64,000 nt of DNA from Verrucomicrobiota bacterium (GTDB lineage Bacteria > Verrucomicrobiota > Verrucomicrobiia > Opitutales > Cerasicoccaceae): the NCBI GenBank assembly GCA_039818205.1, contig JBCBUK010000003.1, positions 192,001 to 256,000 on the forward strand. The letters run 5' to 3'. The position numbers and the translations under genes are program-made. Positions 29,208 through 39,881 of this stretch are shown here, one piece after another. The notes under the pieces are model-generated. The model was not told where the DNA came from. It did not search any database and was given only the letters and a program-made list of their open reading frames with translations. The first letter of the stretch is position 1. Each line of letters begins with the position of its first letter.

Positions 29208-30474
29208 CCGATTGCCAAGCACGAAGCTGAGCCGGAAGCTCGAGAAAGGCAGCGGAATTGAACGTCTAATGGATGACCTCGGGCGGGCGCTCGAGGAGGG
29301 GGCGGGCGACCTGCATATGCTTGGTGGCGGCAATCCGGCACCAATCCCCGAGGTGGCGCAGCGTTGGCGTGCATTGATGCAAGGTATGCTAAGTGACCAA
29401 CCCGAGCGCTTTGACCGGATGCTCGGGGTCTACGATCCGCAACAGGGCAACCGGAGATATATTCGCGCCATCGTTCGTTTATTCAATGAAACCTACGGAT
29501 GGGGCCTAACTGAAGACAATGTCGTGATCACCAATGGCGGTCAGACCGCTTACTTTTATCTGTTCAACCTGTTGGCTGGTTTGGACGATGCGGGGCAAAT
29601 GAAGCGGGTGCTTTTTCCCCTGATGCCAGAATACATTGGTTACGCCGAACAAGGCATGCACCCCGAGATGTTTGTTGCTGCGCCCTCCAAGATCGAAGAG
29701 CTGCCCGATGGTCTATTTAAATACCACGTTGATTTCGAACAGCTTCCTTGGGATGAGTCGATCTCGGCTCTTTGTGTGTCCCGCCCAACGAATCCGACCG
29801 GTAATGTATTGACTGATGACGAGATGCGGCACCTGCACCGACTGTGCCGCGAGCGGGACGCCTACCTAATTGTCGACAACGCCTATGGGGCACCGTTTCC
29901 CGACATGATCTTTACAGATATCCAACCGTTTTGGGGCGAAGATGTCGTGTTGACTTATAGCCTTTCCAAATTGGGATTGCCCGGAGTTCGAACCGGAATC
30001 GTGATTGGTCCACCAGAGATCTGCCGAGCCGTATCCTCGATGAATGCAATTGTCGGGCTTGCGAACGGCAACGTTGGCCAGGCGCTTACTCTGCCTTTGT
30101 TTGAGTCGGGTGAGATCATTCGTTTTGCCCAAGAGCATGTTCGGCCCTATTACCAGGACCGGAGCCAGCGGGCGGTTGAAGCAATTCGCGAAGCGTTTGC
30201 CGATGTGCCCTGCCGAATTCATGTTCCTGAAGGAGCATTGTTTCTGTGGTTGTGGTTCCCGGGCTTGCCCGGGGGAGGCGATTTGCTCTACGAGGAGTTA
30301 AAGGCTGCCGGCGTTTTGGTAGTCCCTGGCCACTTTTTCTTTCACAGTCTCCCGGAGCCGTGGCAACATGCTGAGGAGTGCATTCGCATCAATTACGCAA
30401 TGGATATCGAGGCTTTTCCTGAGGCGGCGAAAACGATGGCTGACGTTGTTCGCAAACGGTTTAATGGAAGCTAA
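29197..30474 (+). CDS. avtA: Valine--pyruvate aminotransferase
   Basis: SGIERLMDDL, MLGGGNPA, PEYIGY, FKYHVDF, SRPTNPTGNV, DNAYG, SLSKLGLPG.R; start at MASSRL. Confidence 0.9.
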   Translation: MASSRLPSTKLSRKLEKGSGIERLMDDLGRALEEGAGDLHMLGGGNPAPIPEVAQRWRALMQGMLSDQPERFDRMLGVYDPQQGNRRYIRAIVRLFNETYGWGLTEDNVVITNGGQTAYFYLFNLLAGLDDAGQMKRVLFPLMPEYIGYAEQGMHPEMFVAAPSKIEELPDGLFKYHVDFEQLPWDESISALCVSRPTNPTGNVLTDDEMRHLHRLCRERDAYLIVDNAYGAPFPDMIFTDIQPFWGEDVVLTYSLSKLGLPGVRTGIVIGPPEICRAVSSMNAIVGLANGNVGQALTLPLFESGEIIRFAQEHVRPYYQDRSQRAVEAIREAFADVPCRIHVPEGALFLWLWFPGLPGGGDLLYEELKAAGVLVVPGHFFFHSLPEPWQHAEECIRINYAMDIEAFPEAAKTMADVVRKRFNGS

Positions 30475-30648
30475 TCTGGAAAATATCGGACTGAGAAGGA
30501 TCGGCCGAAACCCGGATATTGGTCGTCGCAATAGTCGATCGGAAGTTCCGAGCGCCAGGTCTAACGCTGAGACCTTGCGCTACTCCGACGACCGAGGAAA
30601 AGTAACTTTTTCCTTTAACCTTTTGGGCTGAGCCCTAGTTTTCGGAGC

Positions 30649-31719
30649 ATGGATTTACAGCCCGTTCGGGATAAAATTGACGCAATTGACCGCGAGATCA
30701 TCGCCAAGCTGAATGAGCGTTTTCGGTTGGCGGCGGAGGTCGCGCGGGTCAAGCATGAGGCGGGACTCCCGATTTATCACCCGGAGCGGGAGGAGATGTT
30801 GTTACGGAAGCTGGCGGATTTGAATGAAGGTCCTCTTCCAGAAACCGGTATGCGGGCAATCTACCGCGAGATCATCTCGGCCATGATTGGCCTCGAGAAA
30901 CCGGTGGTCATCGCTTACCTGGGACCGGAAGCAACCTACACGGAGCTGGCCGCACGAAAGAGTTTTGGTTCAAGCCTATGCTATGAGCCCATGCCAACGA
31001 TTCCCGATGTATTCACTGCCGTTGAGAAAATGGAGGCTGATTACGGGGTAATTCCAATTGAAAATTCCACGGGCGGGGTTGTGAGTCATTCGATTGATAT
31101 GTTGGCCGAGACAGACCTCACAATCATCAATCAAACCTATCTGACGATTGAGCATTGTCTCATTTCTAAGTCTCCTTTGGAGGCGGTTACCGAGGTTCAT
31201 TCAAAAGATCAGGCATTGGCTCAATGCCGGGAATGGTTGGCTCGCCACTTGCCTCATGCCCGACAAGTCGATGCCGATAGCACCGCTCAAGCGGTGAAGT
31301 TGGCTGGGGAGCGGGAAGGAATTGCGGCAATCGCTGGTGAGTTGGCGGCTAAAAAATATGATGTGCCCGTTGTGACCAAGGGCATTCAAGATCGCTCCAA
31401 TAATGTTACTCGTTTTTTGATTCTCGGGCGTGAAGCGATCGGGACCGGAACCGGGCATGATCGCACCAGTTTGATGCTTTCCCTCAATGATCAATCCGGG
31501 GCGCTGGAAAATGCGCTTAAGCCCTTCAGTTCACGGGGAATCAATCTCACCAAGATCGAGTCCCGTCCAAGCCGAAAACGTGCCTGGGACTACTTGTTCT
31601 ACATCGACATTGACGGGCACTGGCAAGATGAAGCCGTGCAGGCCGCGATATCGGAATTGAAGGAAACGTGCCCGATGGTGAAATGGCTGGGTAGCTACCC
31701 AGTAAAGAAGGAAGCCTAG
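30649..31719 (+). CDS. pheA: Bifunctional chorismate mutase / prephenate dehydratase
   Basis: N-terminal CM (RDKIDAID, ERE), AYLGPEATY, PIENST, NVTRF, ACT domain INLTKIESRP. Confidence 0.96.
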   Translation: MDLQPVRDKIDAIDREIIAKLNERFRLAAEVARVKHEAGLPIYHPEREEMLLRKLADLNEGPLPETGMRAIYREIISAMIGLEKPVVIAYLGPEATYTELAARKSFGSSLCYEPMPTIPDVFTAVEKMEADYGVIPIENSTGGVVSHSIDMLAETDLTIINQTYLTIEHCLISKSPLEAVTEVHSKDQALAQCREWLARHLPHARQVDADSTAQAVKLAGEREGIAAIAGELAAKKYDVPVVTKGIQDRSNNVTRFLILGREAIGTGTGHDRTSLMLSLNDQSGALENALKPFSSRGINLTKIESRPSRKRAWDYLFYIDIDGHWQDEAVQAAISELKETCPMVKWLGSYPVKKEA

Positions 31720-32918
31720 GCGGTTGCCTGTGCTTCTTTGTCTGCTGCCTCGCGCTTGCTGTTGAGTAACTCCGGCAGGTATTTCTCCCGAGCCAGCCGC
31801 CAGAATACCAAAAAGAATGCGGTCAATGGTATGGCGAGGATCATGCCAAGAATACCGCCGAGGGCCGTTCCCCAAAAGAAAATCGAGAAGATGATCAACA
31901 TCGGGCCCATGCCGGTTTTATCACCCATGATTTTAGGTGTGAGCACATAGTCTTGAATCGCCTGGACTATTCCGAAAACGGCTACGCAACGAGCGACAAG
32001 TAACCAACCACCCTCTGGTTGAAAATAAGCGAGGGGGAGTACGACGGTTATGCCCAGGATGGTTCCAAGGTAGGGGACAATATTGCCAAGGCCCACTAGA
32101 ACACCGAGGACAATTGCAAACTTCAAACCGTTCAACCCGAAGCCGACGGCAAAGGCGAGGGAGAGGATGATACCGATCAAAATCTGACCGCGGAAAAAAG
32201 ACACTAGGATGTCGACGAACTGGCGCACGAGAAAAATGATGTCGTCCCGCCATTTTTTATCGAGGAAGGACAGCTGTGAGTTGATGTCTTTCCACGTTTC
32301 GCGATTGCTGTCGAGCAGGTAGAATAAATACACAGGCATGACGGCATACGCGGCGATTCTTGCAAACAGGCCGAGCATGAATCCGCTGGCAGTACTCACT
32401 GTCTCAAGGGTGCGTAGGAGCGTGTCTTTGATGAAAGAACTGTGCTCTGCCAGCAACAAATTGATCGATTCTTCGACCGAGGAGGCTCCCGTTTGTTTGT
32501 TGATCCATTCGTTCAACCAGGGGGCTTTCTCCCGGCCAAACTCGACAACGTTGGAAACAATTTTCGGAACGCTGTCGATGAGCTCCAAGGATTGCTTGAA
32601 GAGCATCGGGATGGCGTAGGCGGCGATCCCAGCCATCGCCAAAACGACGAGTGCAAACAATAGCCCGATACTCTTGACGCGGCTTAACTTGAGCTTGTCT
32701 TCAAAAAACGCCACGATGGGCCTGAGTAAGGTCGCAAGGATTGCGGCAAGGGCCACCGGGAGGAGAACGTCGCTAAAGGTGTCGACAAAACTGCGGAGGA
32801 GCATGAACAGGCCGTAGGCTGCTCCTAGGAGAACGACCACACCGATCACCGTTAAGGCGGCGCCCACGATATTGCGTTGCGTTTGAGACAGTAGGCGAGG
32901 TGAGCTTTCGTCAGACAT
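31716..32918 (-). CDS. AI-2E family transporter (PerM-like)
   Basis: Multi-TM; FFRGQ, NIVPYLG, PKIMGDKTGMGP, GILGMILAIPL; start at MSDESS. Confidence 0.9.
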   Translation of the reverse strand: MSDESSPRLLSQTQRNIVGAALTVIGVVVLLGAAYGLFMLLRSFVDTFSDVLLPVALAAILATLLRPIVAFFEDKLKLSRVKSIGLLFALVVLAMAGIAAYAIPMLFKQSLELIDSVPKIVSNVVEFGREKAPWLNEWINKQTGASSVEESINLLLAEHSSFIKDTLLRTLETVSTASGFMLGLFARIAAYAVMPVYLFYLLDSNRETWKDINSQLSFLDKKWRDDIIFLVRQFVDILVSFFRGQILIGIILSLAFAVGFGLNGLKFAIVLGVLVGLGNIVPYLGTILGITVVLPLAYFQPEGGWLLVARCVAVFGIVQAIQDYVLTPKIMGDKTGMGPMLIIFSIFFWGTALGGILGMILAIPLTAFFLVFWRLAREKYLPELLNSKREAADKEAQATA

Positions 32919-33338
32919 GGTGTTGTGATTTCCTATTGGTTCCTGATCCACCGTGCGATCCAGGGTCGAATATCGCTTTGCCGTGACGGATGTTCAATAA
33001 TAATGAGCGCGTTTCTCGATAGGTTTTGGAACACTTCCTCCGCCACCGAAGCGATTGATTCGGAGGGCGATAGTTTCTTCGCAGTTCTCGAGATTCCCGT
33101 GGTCGGATCGGTTGGGAGCGCGGTGATGAGCATCCGGCTATTGATCATGGCGTACCCCTCCGTCGGCTAGAGCCTGGCGATTATGGTCACAGACTCGATT
33201 AGGAGGAGACCGCCGCAAATCATTCGCTGCGGCAAATATTCCTACAATCGGGTCCGGTAGATCTTCCATGGTTGGAAGGATACTGGTTCCCGCTCCGCTA
33301 TGCCATTATAACTCCTACGCCCGATTATAAGGCGGGAA

Positions 33339-33620
33339 TCAATCGTCTTCGAGGAAGTCGTATAGACCAATTGCTCGACGGACTTCAGGTGCTTCGGAGA
33401 TCTGGTCGACAAACTCGTCGACGCTGAAATCGGCGACGACAAAATCGTTGTACTCGAAGGTTGGCGTAAGTGATTGCCCGCTAATCTCGATCATGCGCTG
33501 CATGTTTGATTTGCTGATGAGGACGTCTCGAATGTCGACATCAATTCCATGCTGCTGGAAGTATGCGAGGGCTTCACGGCACCAGGGGCATCCCGGCTTG
33601 ATGTATAGGATAGGTTTCAT
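33339..33620 (-). CDS. Glutaredoxin family protein
   Basis: YIKPGCPWC, SGQSLTPT. Confidence 0.9.
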   Translation of the reverse strand: MKPILYIKPGCPWCREALAYFQQHGIDVDIRDVLISKSNMQRMIEISGQSLTPTFEYNDFVVADFSVDEFVDQISEAPEVRRAIGLYDFLEDD

Positions 33621-33810
33621 TTTATCTGTTTCACCGTTAAGGACTTAAATAAAGCTTAATGCCGGAAAAGAGCAACCTTTTTCGTAATGAATCGAGGTGT
33701 TCTGGTGGCAGTATTAGTGATGGGATATGAGACTTTCGAGTTGCTGTTAACTGCAAACGTTCAATCCCGCTCGACAACTCAGTCGGGCAGCGCAACTATT
33801 CCTTACGTAT

Positions 33811-36654
33811 ATGGATATCCACATCAAAGGCGCGCGGGAACACAACTTGCAGAACGTGGAGCTGCGCATCCCACGCGGAAAATTGGTGGTGATGACGGGC
33901 GTTAGTGGTTCCGGAAAATCATCGTTGGCTTTTGATACCATTTACGCGGAAGGGTACCGTAAATATGTGGACAGTCTTTCGACGCGGGCGCGTCAGCTGC
34001 TCGAACAAATTAAGCGGCCCGAAGTCGATTTTATCCATGGGCTTTCGCCAGTCGTCGCCATCGAGCAGCGTTCGGCAGCGGGATCGAATCCGCGCAGCAC
34101 GGTGGCAACCGTTACCGAAATTGCTGACTATGCTCGGTTGTTGTGGGCAGTTTGTGGGGAGCAATTCGATCCGATTGATGGCGGTAAAATTGAACGACGA
34201 TCACTGGACGATTGCATTCGCATGGTTTACCGTGAGCCCGAGGATTCCCGGTTGATGATCCTGGCGCCGGTATTGACGGCGCGTGCCTCGGTGATTCGAG
34301 AAGAGATTCCTCATTTGCGCCAGAAGGGTTTTCAACGGGTACGGATAGACGGCGAAACCTATGACCTGCAAGATGCCGAGAAATTTCCAAGTCAAACCGG
34401 TGAGCTTGCACTGGAGGTCATCGTGGACCGGATTGTCTTGCGCGACGATCAACGTTCGCGCTTGGCGGATTCGCTGGAGCTCGCATTCCAGGAGGGAAAA
34501 GACCGTGCGTTGGTCTTGGCGCAGGAGAATCGTGACGCGCCTTGGAAGGAACTACGCCTGAGCCGCGCTTTGGCGGGCGCTACCTCGGGGCAGGTTTACG
34601 ACCCGCTTACGCCGCGTCACTTTTCGTGGAACCATCCGGAAGGAGCTTGTGAGACCTGTGGCGGGGTGGGGCAGACCCGTCAGTTCAATGAAGCCTTGTT
34701 GATTCCCGATCCATCACTGCCGGTGAAGAAAGGGGTAATTAAGCCGCTTCGACTGGGGTCCAAGGCGATGATTATCAAGCACAATGCTATCCTTAAACAG
34801 TTAGCTGAGCAGCTGCCTTTTGATAACACCGTGGCCTGGGAAAAATTGGAGCCGGAAATTCGCGAGACGATTTTGCATGGTGCCGGAGAGCGTTTGTTCA
34901 GCTTTAAATTGAAACGTGGTAATTCGAAACCGGAAGCCAAGCGTTGGGAGGGAGTGATGCCCCTATTAGAGGATATTCGCAGGGACACGAGCAGTGATGG
35001 CCTCCGTGCCCGGTTGATGGCCTATCAGATTGCTTCAGAGTGTCCCGACTGCCATGGACAGCGGCTCAACGCGCGGGCGCGAAACGTTTGGGTGGGTGGG
35101 ATGAGATTTACAGACTTTCTATCGCAGAGCATTGCTGATGCCAAAAGCTTTGTTTCGCAAAGTTTGCTCTCGAATGAATCTTTGGAATCTGCCAAAGAGG
35201 CTTTGGTTGGTTTGGATCAACGCCTGGGCTTTCTGAATGAGGTTGGACTTGGCTACCTTACTATGGAGCGCGCCTATGCCACATTATCAGGCGGTGAAGC
35301 GCAGCGCGTTCGCTTGGCGACTCAGCTTGGAATGGGCTTAGTGGGAGTTTGTTATGTTTTGGATGAGCCGAGTATCGGTTTGCACCCGCATGATAACGAG
35401 AAGCTGATCCGCACGCTCCTGGATATGCGTGATCGTGGAAATGCAGTGATTGTTGTTGAGCATGATGAGGCGACGATGAAGGCGGCGGATTGGCTGGTCG
35501 AACTTGGTCCCGGGGCCGGAGCCCAAGGTGGACAGGTCGTTTTTCAGGGGACGCCGGTTGAGTGCGAAGACGATTCGAAGTCTCGGACAGGGCCTTACCT
35601 TTCAGGGAAGCGGCGTCTGATGAAGGACTTAGCTGACCGAAATCCGGACTATGGTTGGTTGACCGTTTTGAATGCCCGCGAACACAACCTGCGTGGAATC
35701 AGTGGGCGATTTCCACTGCGGCTGTTGACGGTTGTTTGCGGTATGTCGGGATCGGGAAAGAGTACCTTGGTTAATGATATTCTAGCGAAGGCCGCTTCTT
35801 TCAAACTCCACGGAGCGAAACAGATTCCTGGCAAACACGATGGAATCGATGGGCTTGAGGCGTTCAAGAGCGTGATCCGTGTTGACCAGGATCCGATCGG
35901 CAAAAGCCCGCGATCAAACCCGGCGACCTACACCAAGATATTCGATCATTTGCGTGACTTGTTTGCAAAGTGTCCGCTGTCCAAGGTCCGAGGCTACAAG
36001 GGAAGTCGATTTAGCTTTAACGTTCGCGGAGGACGCTGCGAGCGTTGCCAGGGGGATGGCCAGATCAAGTTGGACATGCAGTTTCTTGGTGACGTTTTTG
36101 TCGAGTGTCCGAGTTGCCGAGGTAAGCGATACAATCGAGAAACTCTGGAGGTTCGCTTCAAGGGGTATAACATTGCCGAGGTATTGGACATGACCGTTGA
36201 AGAGGCCCTGGTTCTGTTTAAGAATATCCCGAAGATCGCCGAACGCTTACGTACATTGGCGGCTGTCGGCTTAGGATATGTCAAACTTGGCCAGCCAGCG
36301 AATACACTCTCGGGTGGTGAAGCCCAGCGCATCAAATTGTCACTGGAGTTGGCCAAGCGGCAACAGGGGGAAACTCTTTATCTACTCGATGAGCCGACTA
36401 CGGGGCTCCATTGGGAGGATATTCAAAAGCTGTTGGACTTGTTGTTTCAACTGCGAGACGCTGGCAACACCGTTGTCCTGATTGAACATCATACTGATGT
36501 GATTCGTTTAGCGGATTGGGTTATTGAACTCGGCCCCAAAGGAGGCAAGGACGGAGGGGGCTTGGTTTTTGAAGGTAAACCGAAAGACCTGCCGCAGTGT
36601 GAAGCTTCGCTTACTGGACCCTACTTACTGGGGTCGGAGTTAGTCCGACGGTAG
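33811..36654 (+). CDS. uvrA: Excinuclease ABC subunit A
   Basis: GAREHNL, two Walker A ([18 protein letters not shown]), two LSGGEAQR signatures, Zn-finger CxxC pairs. Confidence 0.97.
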   Translation: MDIHIKGAREHNLQNVELRIPRGKLVVMTGVSGSGKSSLAFDTIYAEGYRKYVDSLSTRARQLLEQIKRPEVDFIHGLSPVVAIEQRSAAGSNPRSTVATVTEIADYARLLWAVCGEQFDPIDGGKIERRSLDDCIRMVYREPEDSRLMILAPVLTARASVIREEIPHLRQKGFQRVRIDGETYDLQDAEKFPSQTGELALEVIVDRIVLRDDQRSRLADSLELAFQEGKDRALVLAQENRDAPWKELRLSRALAGATSGQVYDPLTPRHFSWNHPEGACETCGGVGQTRQFNEALLIPDPSLPVKKGVIKPLRLGSKAMIIKHNAILKQLAEQLPFDNTVAWEKLEPEIRETILHGAGERLFSFKLKRGNSKPEAKRWEGVMPLLEDIRRDTSSDGLRARLMAYQIASECPDCHGQRLNARARNVWVGGMRFTDFLSQSIADAKSFVSQSLLSNESLESAKEALVGLDQRLGFLNEVGLGYLTMERAYATLSGGEAQRVRLATQLGMGLVGVCYVLDEPSIGLHPHDNEKLIRTLLDMRDRGNAVIVVEHDEATMKAADWLVELGPGAGAQGGQVVFQGTPVECEDDSKSRTGPYLSGKRRLMKDLADRNPDYGWLTVLNAREHNLRGISGRFPLRLLTVVCGMSGSGKSTLVNDILAKAASFKLHGAKQIPGKHDGIDGLEAFKSVIRVDQDPIGKSPRSNPATYTKIFDHLRDLFAKCPLSKVRGYKGSRFSFNVRGGRCERCQGDGQIKLDMQFLGDVFVECPSCRGKRYNRETLEVRFKGYNIAEVLDMTVEEALVLFKNIPKIAERLRTLAAVGLGYVKLGQPANTLSGGEAQRIKLSLELAKRQQGETLYLLDEPTTGLHWEDIQKLLDLLFQLRDAGNTVVLIEHHTDVIRLADWVIELGPKGGKDGGGLVFEGKPKDLPQCEASLTGPYLLGSELVRR

Positions 36655-37587
36655 CGGACCGGATAGGGGTGAGTTTACCGACTTGCGTTTGATAATCCGA
36701 GTCACCACGCCATAGCGGGGCGCAAAGAGCCAGGCTGCGATAAAGAAGAGTCCGGTGGTCACTGCCATCATTCCAGAGGTCACGGTGTCGCGGTAACCTA
36801 GCCAGGGCGGGACAACAATCGCAAGCACGTGGCCAACGAATGCGCTGACTGCACCGATAATGCACGCGAGTAAGACCATGATTCCTAATCGGTCAGTTAG
36901 TAGATGGGCGGCGGCGGCCGGCGTTACCAGCATCGCGATGACAATGATACTACCGACGGCCTCAAAGGCGGCGACCGTTGTTACGGCGACTTGTGTCATC
37001 AGCACATAGTGCATCACGTTTGCGTTGATTCCCTGAGTGGTCGCTAGTTCCGGGTCAAACGAGCTAATTCGTAGTTCTTTGAAAAAAGCCAGCGTCAGAA
37101 TCAAGTTAAACAACGCCACACTTCCGAGTACAATGGCTGCCCGCGGAACCTCGACCCAGGTCTCACCCCATTGGAATTCCCAGGCAACATCGAGCGGCGT
37201 GAATTCAATCGCACCGTACAGAACGCAGCTGGGATCGAGGTCAATGTGGTCTGCTGCTTGGACAATGAGTAAGAGCCCAAGTGCGAATAGCGTCGTAAAC
37301 ACGATCCCCATTGAGGCACCTCGGTCAACCTTACCCCAGTTGCTGATCCATTGGGTAAAGACCGCCGTGAGAACTCCGACGATTGCTGCGCCCAGAAACA
37401 TGGTGACGCTTGCCCGCGTTCCTGAGATGAGGAATGCGATGACCAATCCCGGCAAAACGGCGTGGCTGATTGCGTCGCCCATCATGCTCATTTGTCGAAG
37501 GACGAGGAAGCTTCCGGGAATTGCGCAAGCAATCGCCGTCAACGCACCAACAATCACGATCCAGGTGTCGATCGAATGCCAACTCAT
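36640..37587 (-). CDS. Metal (Mn/Zn/Fe) ABC transporter permease, TroD/MntD-like
   Basis: [35 protein letters not shown]. Confidence 0.93.
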   Translation of the reverse strand: MSWHSIDTWIVIVGALTAIACAIPGSFLVLRQMSMMGDAISHAVLPGLVIAFLISGTRASVTMFLGAAIVGVLTAVFTQWISNWGKVDRGASMGIVFTTLFALGLLLIVQAADHIDLDPSCVLYGAIEFTPLDVAWEFQWGETWVEVPRAAIVLGSVALFNLILTLAFFKELRISSFDPELATTQGINANVMHYVLMTQVAVTTVAAFEAVGSIIVIAMLVTPAAAAHLLTDRLGIMVLLACIIGAVSAFVGHVLAIVVPPWLGYRDTVTSGMMAVTTGLFFIAAWLFAPRYGVVTRIIKRKSVNSPLSGPLPSD

Positions 37588-39050
37588 GCGCGGGCCTCCT
37601 GCTGTTGTCGAATCTGGTGCGGGCTTTGTGGAATCGTCTGCATGTCTAGGTGTTCCTCAAGCTCACGGACCATGTCGGCGCTGAGGACGTGTTCGACCGA
37701 ATCAGCGTCGCGATCGACATGGCTGGCGGCGATGTCTGCATGGGTGATGAGAAAAATTTCCCAGAGGCGGTGGTTGCGGGTTATACGTGCAGCTTCGCCA
37801 AACCCTGGTTCGGAAAGTCGGATCGTTTCGGAGGCAGAGTCTTCAATATGATCTTCGCGGCGGGCCAGCCGGAGCAGAGCGCGCACCCGCTTGGGCGACC
37901 AGGTTCGGTGCCGTAATACTGCGTCGAAGCTAACCGGGATATTGGCCGGAGGCTTTCCTTGGGCGTCGCACAAGTCTTCTTGAATTTCGAAGACCGCACG
38001 TAATAGGTGCTGCCGACCAACCTTTTGCTTGAGTCGGTGCAAAGAGAATGAGCGCCGAAGCACTCCACGGGACCGGCCAAACACCATACTGAAAATAAAA
38101 ATCGACGCCGCGATCAAAACGATTACGGGTCCAGCTGCTAGCTTCGATAGCACTGCGCTGACCGAGGCGCCAATCCAACCACTGACGCCACCAATGACGG
38201 CTGACCCAAAAAGCATCCAACGCAGGTCGTTCGTCCAGAAGCGTGCAGCAGCCGCTGGCGTAATTAAAAATGCGATGATGAGAATCAAGCCAACTGCTTG
38301 CAGCCCGACAACGGTGATCGCAGCCACGAGGGCGAGCATTATAACATCCAGACGATGAATGGGCCACCCTTGGCTTCTCCCAAAGCCCTCATCGAAACAG
38401 AGTAGAGTGAACTCTTTCAGTAAGATTAAAGAGCAGATCAAAACGGCGACAGCAACAATTGAAACCAAGATGAAATCAGAAAAAACCATCGAGGCAGCAC
38501 GGCCGTAAATAAAGCTTTCCAAGCCGGCTGCGCTTTGTCCGGGAGTATCCTCCACCATCTTGAGAATTGCGACACCTGCGCCGAAAAATACGCTGAGCAC
38601 GATGCCCATCGCTGCGTCGTCCTTAATGCGCGATGTATTGCGCACAACGAGAACGGCAAGTACGCCGAGCACTCCTGTGATGGTAGCGCCCAAGAGGAGG
38701 CCAGGTAAACTCTTCCCGTTGAATCCCAGCGCCGTCATAACGATGAAAGCAAGGCCAATCCCCGGTAAGCAAGCGTGGGAAAGCGCGTCTCCCATTAGAG
38801 ATCTTTTGCGCAGAAGCAGGAAACATCCGATCAAGCCCGAGGCGAGTCCCAGGATCAAGGTGCTCGCGACCACGAGGCTGGTATTGTAGTCCTGGAAGGT
38901 AAATACTCGATAAAGAATGTGCCAAAGCGAAGGCTCCTGATCGTTTGTCACTGTTGACTCTGCGTGACAAAGTAACGGCACGAAAAGAGTGAATGCGAAG
39001 CCGGATATGCGTCGAGTGGTTCTAAAGGTGAGCTGGACTAAGCGAATCAT
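37584..39050 (-). CDS. Metal ABC transporter permease fused to a C-terminal DtxR-like domain (TroC/YtgCR-like)
   Basis: RSLMGDALSHACLPG, TPAAAARFWT; C-terminal RNHRLWEIFL...VDRDADSVEHVLS metal-binding/dimerisation motif. Confidence 0.9.
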   Translation of the reverse strand: MIRLVQLTFRTTRRISGFAFTLFVPLLCHAESTVTNDQEPSLWHILYRVFTFQDYNTSLVVASTLILGLASGLIGCFLLLRKRSLMGDALSHACLPGIGLAFIVMTALGFNGKSLPGLLLGATITGVLGVLAVLVVRNTSRIKDDAAMGIVLSVFFGAGVAILKMVEDTPGQSAAGLESFIYGRAASMVFSDFILVSIVAVAVLICSLILLKEFTLLCFDEGFGRSQGWPIHRLDVIMLALVAAITVVGLQAVGLILIIAFLITPAAAARFWTNDLRWMLFGSAVIGGVSGWIGASVSAVLSKLAAGPVIVLIAASIFIFSMVFGRSRGVLRRSFSLHRLKQKVGRQHLLRAVFEIQEDLCDAQGKPPANIPVSFDAVLRHRTWSPKRVRALLRLARREDHIEDSASETIRLSEPGFGEAARITRNHRLWEIFLITHADIAASHVDRDADSVEHVLSADMVRELEEHLDMQTIPQSPHQIRQQQEARA

Positions 39051-39877
39051 TGGCGCTTGATCTGGCTCAATGCGTGGCCGGCTTCTGCCAAGAGGGTCAG
39101 TTTGCCACCATAAGTCTTGTGCAGGTTTTCTGCGGTGAAAACGTCTTCAGTTGGACCCGCCGCGACGACTCGCATGTTCAACAAGATGACCCAATCAAAA
39201 TACTGGGTCACCGTTGCCAGGTCATGGTGGACAACCAACGTTGTTTTGCCTTGAGTTTTCAGGTCTTTAAGGAGCGTGACGATTGCCCGTTCGGTGGCGG
39301 CGTCCACGGCTGCAAACGGTTCGTCCATAAAGTATAAAGTGGCATCTTGGGCGAGGGCTCGGGCGAGGAATACTCGTTGCTGCTGCCCACCCGAAAGCTG
39401 ACTGATTTGGCGGTCGGCCAGGTGACCGATGCCGACGCGTTCGAGTGCCGCTCGCGCAATGTCTTTGTGCTTTCTAAGCACCATATGAAACCATCCGATA
39501 TCGCGGTAGAGACCCATCGCAACCACATCAAGGGCGCTTACCGGAAAATCCCAATCGACGCTTTCCCGTTGGGGAACATAGCCGACCAACGAACGCTGCT
39601 TTTTGTAGGGTTCACCATACACTTGGACTAGTCCCGATGCCGTTGGGACTAGATCGAGACAGGCTTTTATCAGTGTACTTTTCCCTGCGCCGTTTGGACC
39701 GACAATGCCGACTAGTTTACCCTCCGGAATATCCAGGTCGATGTCCCAGAGCACTGGTTTGCGGTGGTAGGCAACGGTCAGGTCATGGATGGACAAGGGT
39801 GCCGAAGGTGAGTGATCGTCCTCGGCCAACCGGTTATCCGGTTTGGGATTGTCGGATGTTTTCAGAAGTTTGGGCAT
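39047..39877 (-). CDS. Metal ABC transporter ATP-binding protein, TroB/MntB-like
   Basis: GPNGAGKST, YVPQRESVDWDFP, LSGGQQQR, MDEPF, VVHHDL. Confidence 0.95.
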   Translation of the reverse strand: MPKLLKTSDNPKPDNRLAEDDHSPSAPLSIHDLTVAYHRKPVLWDIDLDIPEGKLVGIVGPNGAGKSTLIKACLDLVPTASGLVQVYGEPYKKQRSLVGYVPQRESVDWDFPVSALDVVAMGLYRDIGWFHMVLRKHKDIARAALERVGIGHLADRQISQLSGGQQQRVFLARALAQDATLYFMDEPFAAVDAATERAIVTLLKDLKTQGKTTLVVHHDLATVTQYFDWVILLNMRVVAAGPTEDVFTAENLHKTYGGKLTLLAEAGHALSQIKRQ

Positions 39878-39881
39878 CGCA

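Noticed and set aside
30489..30512. Hammerhead-like CTGAGAA...GAAAC
   Set aside because: The core is not CUGANGA (G8 missing without C3 compensation) and stems I/III are not evident
30520..30593. tRNA-like element on the minus strand (74 nt ending CCA)
   Set aside because: No TTCRA T-loop or D-arm, and the CC of CCA is part of the stem; kept only as an unexplained structured element
32925..33330. Short ORFs in the gap between the AI-2E transporter and glutaredoxin genes
   Set aside because: Several overlapping short frames on both strands, none with recognisable motifs; a real gene cannot be picked
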